Below, in pieces: positions 60,601 to 64,000 of a stretch of DNA of 64,000 nt (positions within the stretch are counted from its first letter, which is position 1; the number at the start of each line of letters is the position of its first letter). The notes under the pieces are model-generated. The model searched no databases, was not told the origin of the DNA, and saw only the letters and a program-made list of their open reading frames with translations. The stretch is from Azolla caroliniana (Eukaryota; Plantae; Polypodiophyta), in the NCBI GenBank assembly GCA_043228905.1, contig JBHGNT010000016.1, positions 15,748,001 to 15,812,000 of the forward strand. The letters are read 5' to 3'. The position numbers and the translations under genes are program-made.

Positions 60601-63600
60601 TTCGAGCCTTTGAAGCACCTTCTCGCAATCTTTCATATGATCCGCAGTGAACTTTCTACAACCTTCCTTATCTTTCGATTCATCTTTGTCCTCATCCAAA
60701 CATCCTTTTATTGGAATATCATCCAAGAATGGCATCGTGATGTCCGGGATGCAATCCTTCAAGACTTTATTCATGGCATTCACCATATGAGCCACCGAGT
60801 TCGTTGCACCTTGGGGTAAGGTACACATCCGCACAAGCCCGATCAGAGTCCTCATGGTTGTAATGTCCCGACTGTCGATCGCCAATTGGAATTGGTCATA
60901 TCCGGAGTAGAGATCGCCAATGGAGTAGATGGACCGGCCCGCAAACGCTTCGGAAAACTCGTCCACGCTCGGACAGATTCCGGCATTTCGAATTGTCACC
61001 TTGTTGACGGGTTGAAGATCTTGGATGAATCACAATGATCCATTCTTCCTCAGCACTGTGAACCACCTATTGGAATAAGGAGCATTCGACGGTTCTAGAA
61101 TTCTCATACTCACCTTCTCCTTTAAGAGCTCGATCAACTTCGGAAGGTGTGCTCTCGGAACCGGTATCGGTTTCAAATTCCAAGGCACATGAGGCACCAT
61201 GAAGATCACCATTGGCCCTATAACCTTTGGGTTGGCACATCCGATTTCTCGTGGAAAGAATGTGAAAGCCTTCCCATGTCTCTTAAGCATATTGCAAAAC
61301 ATTCGCTCCTCTTCAGGGAGAAGGAAATCCTCCTTTCCAACTCGTAGCTTCCCTTTCGTCTCTTTGGTGAAGACATGACCTATCGTCTTCGGATCGCTTA
61401 AGCTTGGATCGTTAGATACTTCTTTCATCTTTTGGCAGCTATCTTCCGGTAGCGGAACTGCAACTGGCTTGATCTTCTTATCCACCATTTTATATTTCGT
61501 GTTGATGTCAACTTCCTTCATCGAGATGCCACGACGGTATTCATCGATGATAGCGTACATGTTGACGGAGTTAACTGAAATCACGCGTTGGTCGTGAAGA
61601 TAACTCAAGTCCACGACGTCCTCGATTTCGCCGATGGTGTCGTTAAATGAGGCTTCTTCCATAATATGAGTCACGAACTCTCCTTCTTCTATTATGTTTT
61701 CTTCTTTCAGCATCTTCTCGAATTCTTGTATCCGACAGTTGTCCTTCTTGTCGGGTAGTACTAGTTTACATGCGCCACTAGGTGTGACACATGTTGCTTC
61801 TCCTCGCAATCCACACACTCTTCTTACTTGTGGGGTCTTGTGATTGCTCGGACTATTTGTGCCCCATGCTTCAATAGTCCGCTCTAAAAATCCGAGGATT
61901 CACCTCCGAGACTATCTCGATTCCATTCATGATTGGCTCGCACCGTTAGGAATTGGACCGATCTTTGGTTGTCAAGACTCTTTATTTGTGCGAAGGTTGC
62001 TCCATTATCGAACACTTTGGTCTCCATCCGAGATGATGTGATATACGGTTGCCCTAGGATGACAGGATGCGACGCCAATTCTTGTACGAAGAAGTGTTGA
62101 TCCATCTCCACATCCCCGATCGTAACTTTGACATTGGGACAAGCTCCGTACAAGTCCTCCGTAGACTTTGTTGCCGCGCGAACCTTCCATCCGTGGTTTT
62201 TATTGATTGGCCATCTTCCTTTTTTGTAGAAGTCGGTTGACATGAGGTTGATCTCCGAGCCGTGGTCGATCAAAGCTACCACGGTCTCTTTCTTCTCCCC
62301 GATCTTCACCGGCGTCTCCGATGTCGCTCGTGCCAGATGAGGTCGAGTATAGTGGATGTCCATCATATCTTCATCGACTTCGTCTCTTGCCATCGTTATG
62401 GCATTCGTTTTTGCTTTTTGCGGGTTCTTTCTCTTCTTCCTCGTTCGATTGTTGTCTTTTTCTCTTTACAAGGTCCACGATCGTGTCATGGAACTCCTTC
62501 TTCGTAATGCTAAGCAATTCCCTCAAGGACAAAATCACATGGCTATCAAGAACTCGTTCTTTGAGAATCTTCTTTAGGTCCGTCGTCGGCTCTATGTCCG
62601 ACCTTAGCTTATAGGTAGGCATAGTCCTTGTCCTCCAAGCGGGGTCTTTGACACCAACCTTCACGGGCCGAACCGTTTCTTCAACTTGTATGCTCGGCTC
62701 CCCTTTTTAGCTTGATTCTCGTTCCTCCATTTGTAAAGGTCGACTCGTCTCCGCATTGTCCTTCTTTTTCGCATTCCTTGTTTCAAGTCTTTTTGATGGG
62801 CCTTGCTCTTCTATTCTTTTTCTCTTTTCTTTGACGAACACCTCGTGGTTGTCGCACATCACCTCCGCGAGTATGGTGTTGTCGTCCATCGGATCCGACC
62901 ACTTGGTTATGCTTTGCACGCTTCGGTCCGCAAGCTCTACCTCGTTCGATGTGACCATCCCCATCTTCTCATACTCGAGAACGGAAGACCAAAACTTGGC
63001 TCCCACTTTCATAGCTTCATTTCTGTCTTTCCCGACTCTTATTCCGGCCGACGTAGCATAGTGCATCGCATCCACATGAATCGCATTGGCATCCTCCATA
63101 GCTTTCTTCATTCCTCCTCTTCCGAAATTCACCCGTAGGGGTCTTCTAGTCTCGCTCGAGCAGATCATGTTGTCATCTATGTACACGATATTTTGTCGGA
63201 TTGCCTTTCGAAGGCTCGCGCAATCCCTTCTCATGTGGTCCATCCTATCACACCACATGCATCTAAAGGGTTCTTTTCCTTTGGGTCCCTGACGATTCAT
63301 GTTGGCTAGCGTGACCGCCTCAAACTTCTTCACTAGTTCTTCGATGATGTTGTCATCAATCTTCTTTTCTTCTGGGCTGCTTTGTTTGGGCGGATCAGCT
63401 ACTTTCGGTTGTCTTGTTTTCTCTACGACAGTCAATCCCGCGAAGTCGGTGTCATCAACCCACTAACGATGCTTGTCGAACCTATTGCATGCTCGCTTTA
63501 ACGCAACCCAGTCCGCCACAAGCCCATTTGCTTGGATACCGTCTTCGAGAAGAGTCCCCAACTCCCGTCCATCCTTCATGTTCACATCTTTGAAGAAGTA

Positions 63601-64000
63601 TAAAGTCTTGTCCTCTTCAAGAAGCACTTGATCCATGCTGGGGAGACGGCCAAACATATGGTCGAATTCGTCATACACCCTCGAGGCGCTCATCTTCTTA
63701 TTCTTCTTCTCTATCCACTTCATCAGGGCATGTCGAGTCATCCTTGTTGAGTCTTCAGTCGCGAACTCCGCTAATATTGTTTTCTCGAACTCAGACCATG
63801 TTGTCTTACCTTCTTGAAGTTCAATGACGCGTCTTTGAACGTTGTTGGCGACAACTCTCTTGAAGCTTGCGATTTGACGTGCTTCTATATGATTCATCTC
63901 CCTTCTATATGCATCAGGGAACTTTGTAACGTTCCTTCCATCGAATTGGCCCTCAAGCTCTATGACACGATCGACAACCTTCTCCACGCTCGTGTCGTTG
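57664..64000 (-). mobile_element. Decayed Gypsy element J of a different lineage: 3' LTR begins at 58331 (TGTCGTG) and reads leftwards, PPT ~58332-58344, gag-pol 58404->64000
   Basis: gag GQFDGRNVTKF and CMWCDRMDHMRRDC, protease ALIDHGSEINLM, RT TLPQGATNSVAHM/PFLDDIPIKG, RNase H TVDTSP, integrase HESAWAGHRG/KWMVDLV/VADRGE/NPEANGKIERGH. Left LTR boundary uncertain. Confidence 0.88.

Overview
Land-plant nuclear DNA, probably a non-seed plant such as a fern or lycophyte (inferred from the Tcn1-like chromovirus and the retroelement set). About 80% is nested LTR retrotransposon sequence. There are two host genes: an intact 10-exon DNMT2/TRDMT1 (minus strand, 10427-7712, about 347 aa, one GC-AG intron) and a 2-exon low-complexity orphan-like gene (29904-31998). 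The TEs are several decayed Ty1/Copia copies of two families, a self-priming-type chromovirus (43754-49071), a fungal-looking Gypsy element at the right edge, and two diverged near-complete non-chromovirus Gypsy elements (A: 13549-23495 +, C: 50119-57345 -). The main observation is that A and C have no polypurine tract. Directly before the 3' LTR both carry a conserved tRNA-3'-end-like sequence ending in CCA, i.e. a second, inverted primer-binding site with a co-varying hairpin. This suggests a retrotransposon that primes both DNA strands with tRNAs or a tRNA mimic. A also carries a ~920-aa extra ORF whose C-terminus is fused to integrase in C. In both elements the gag frame opens inside the LTR and reads through the PBS. 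All coordinates were read by eye and family assignments come from motif recognition, not database searches.
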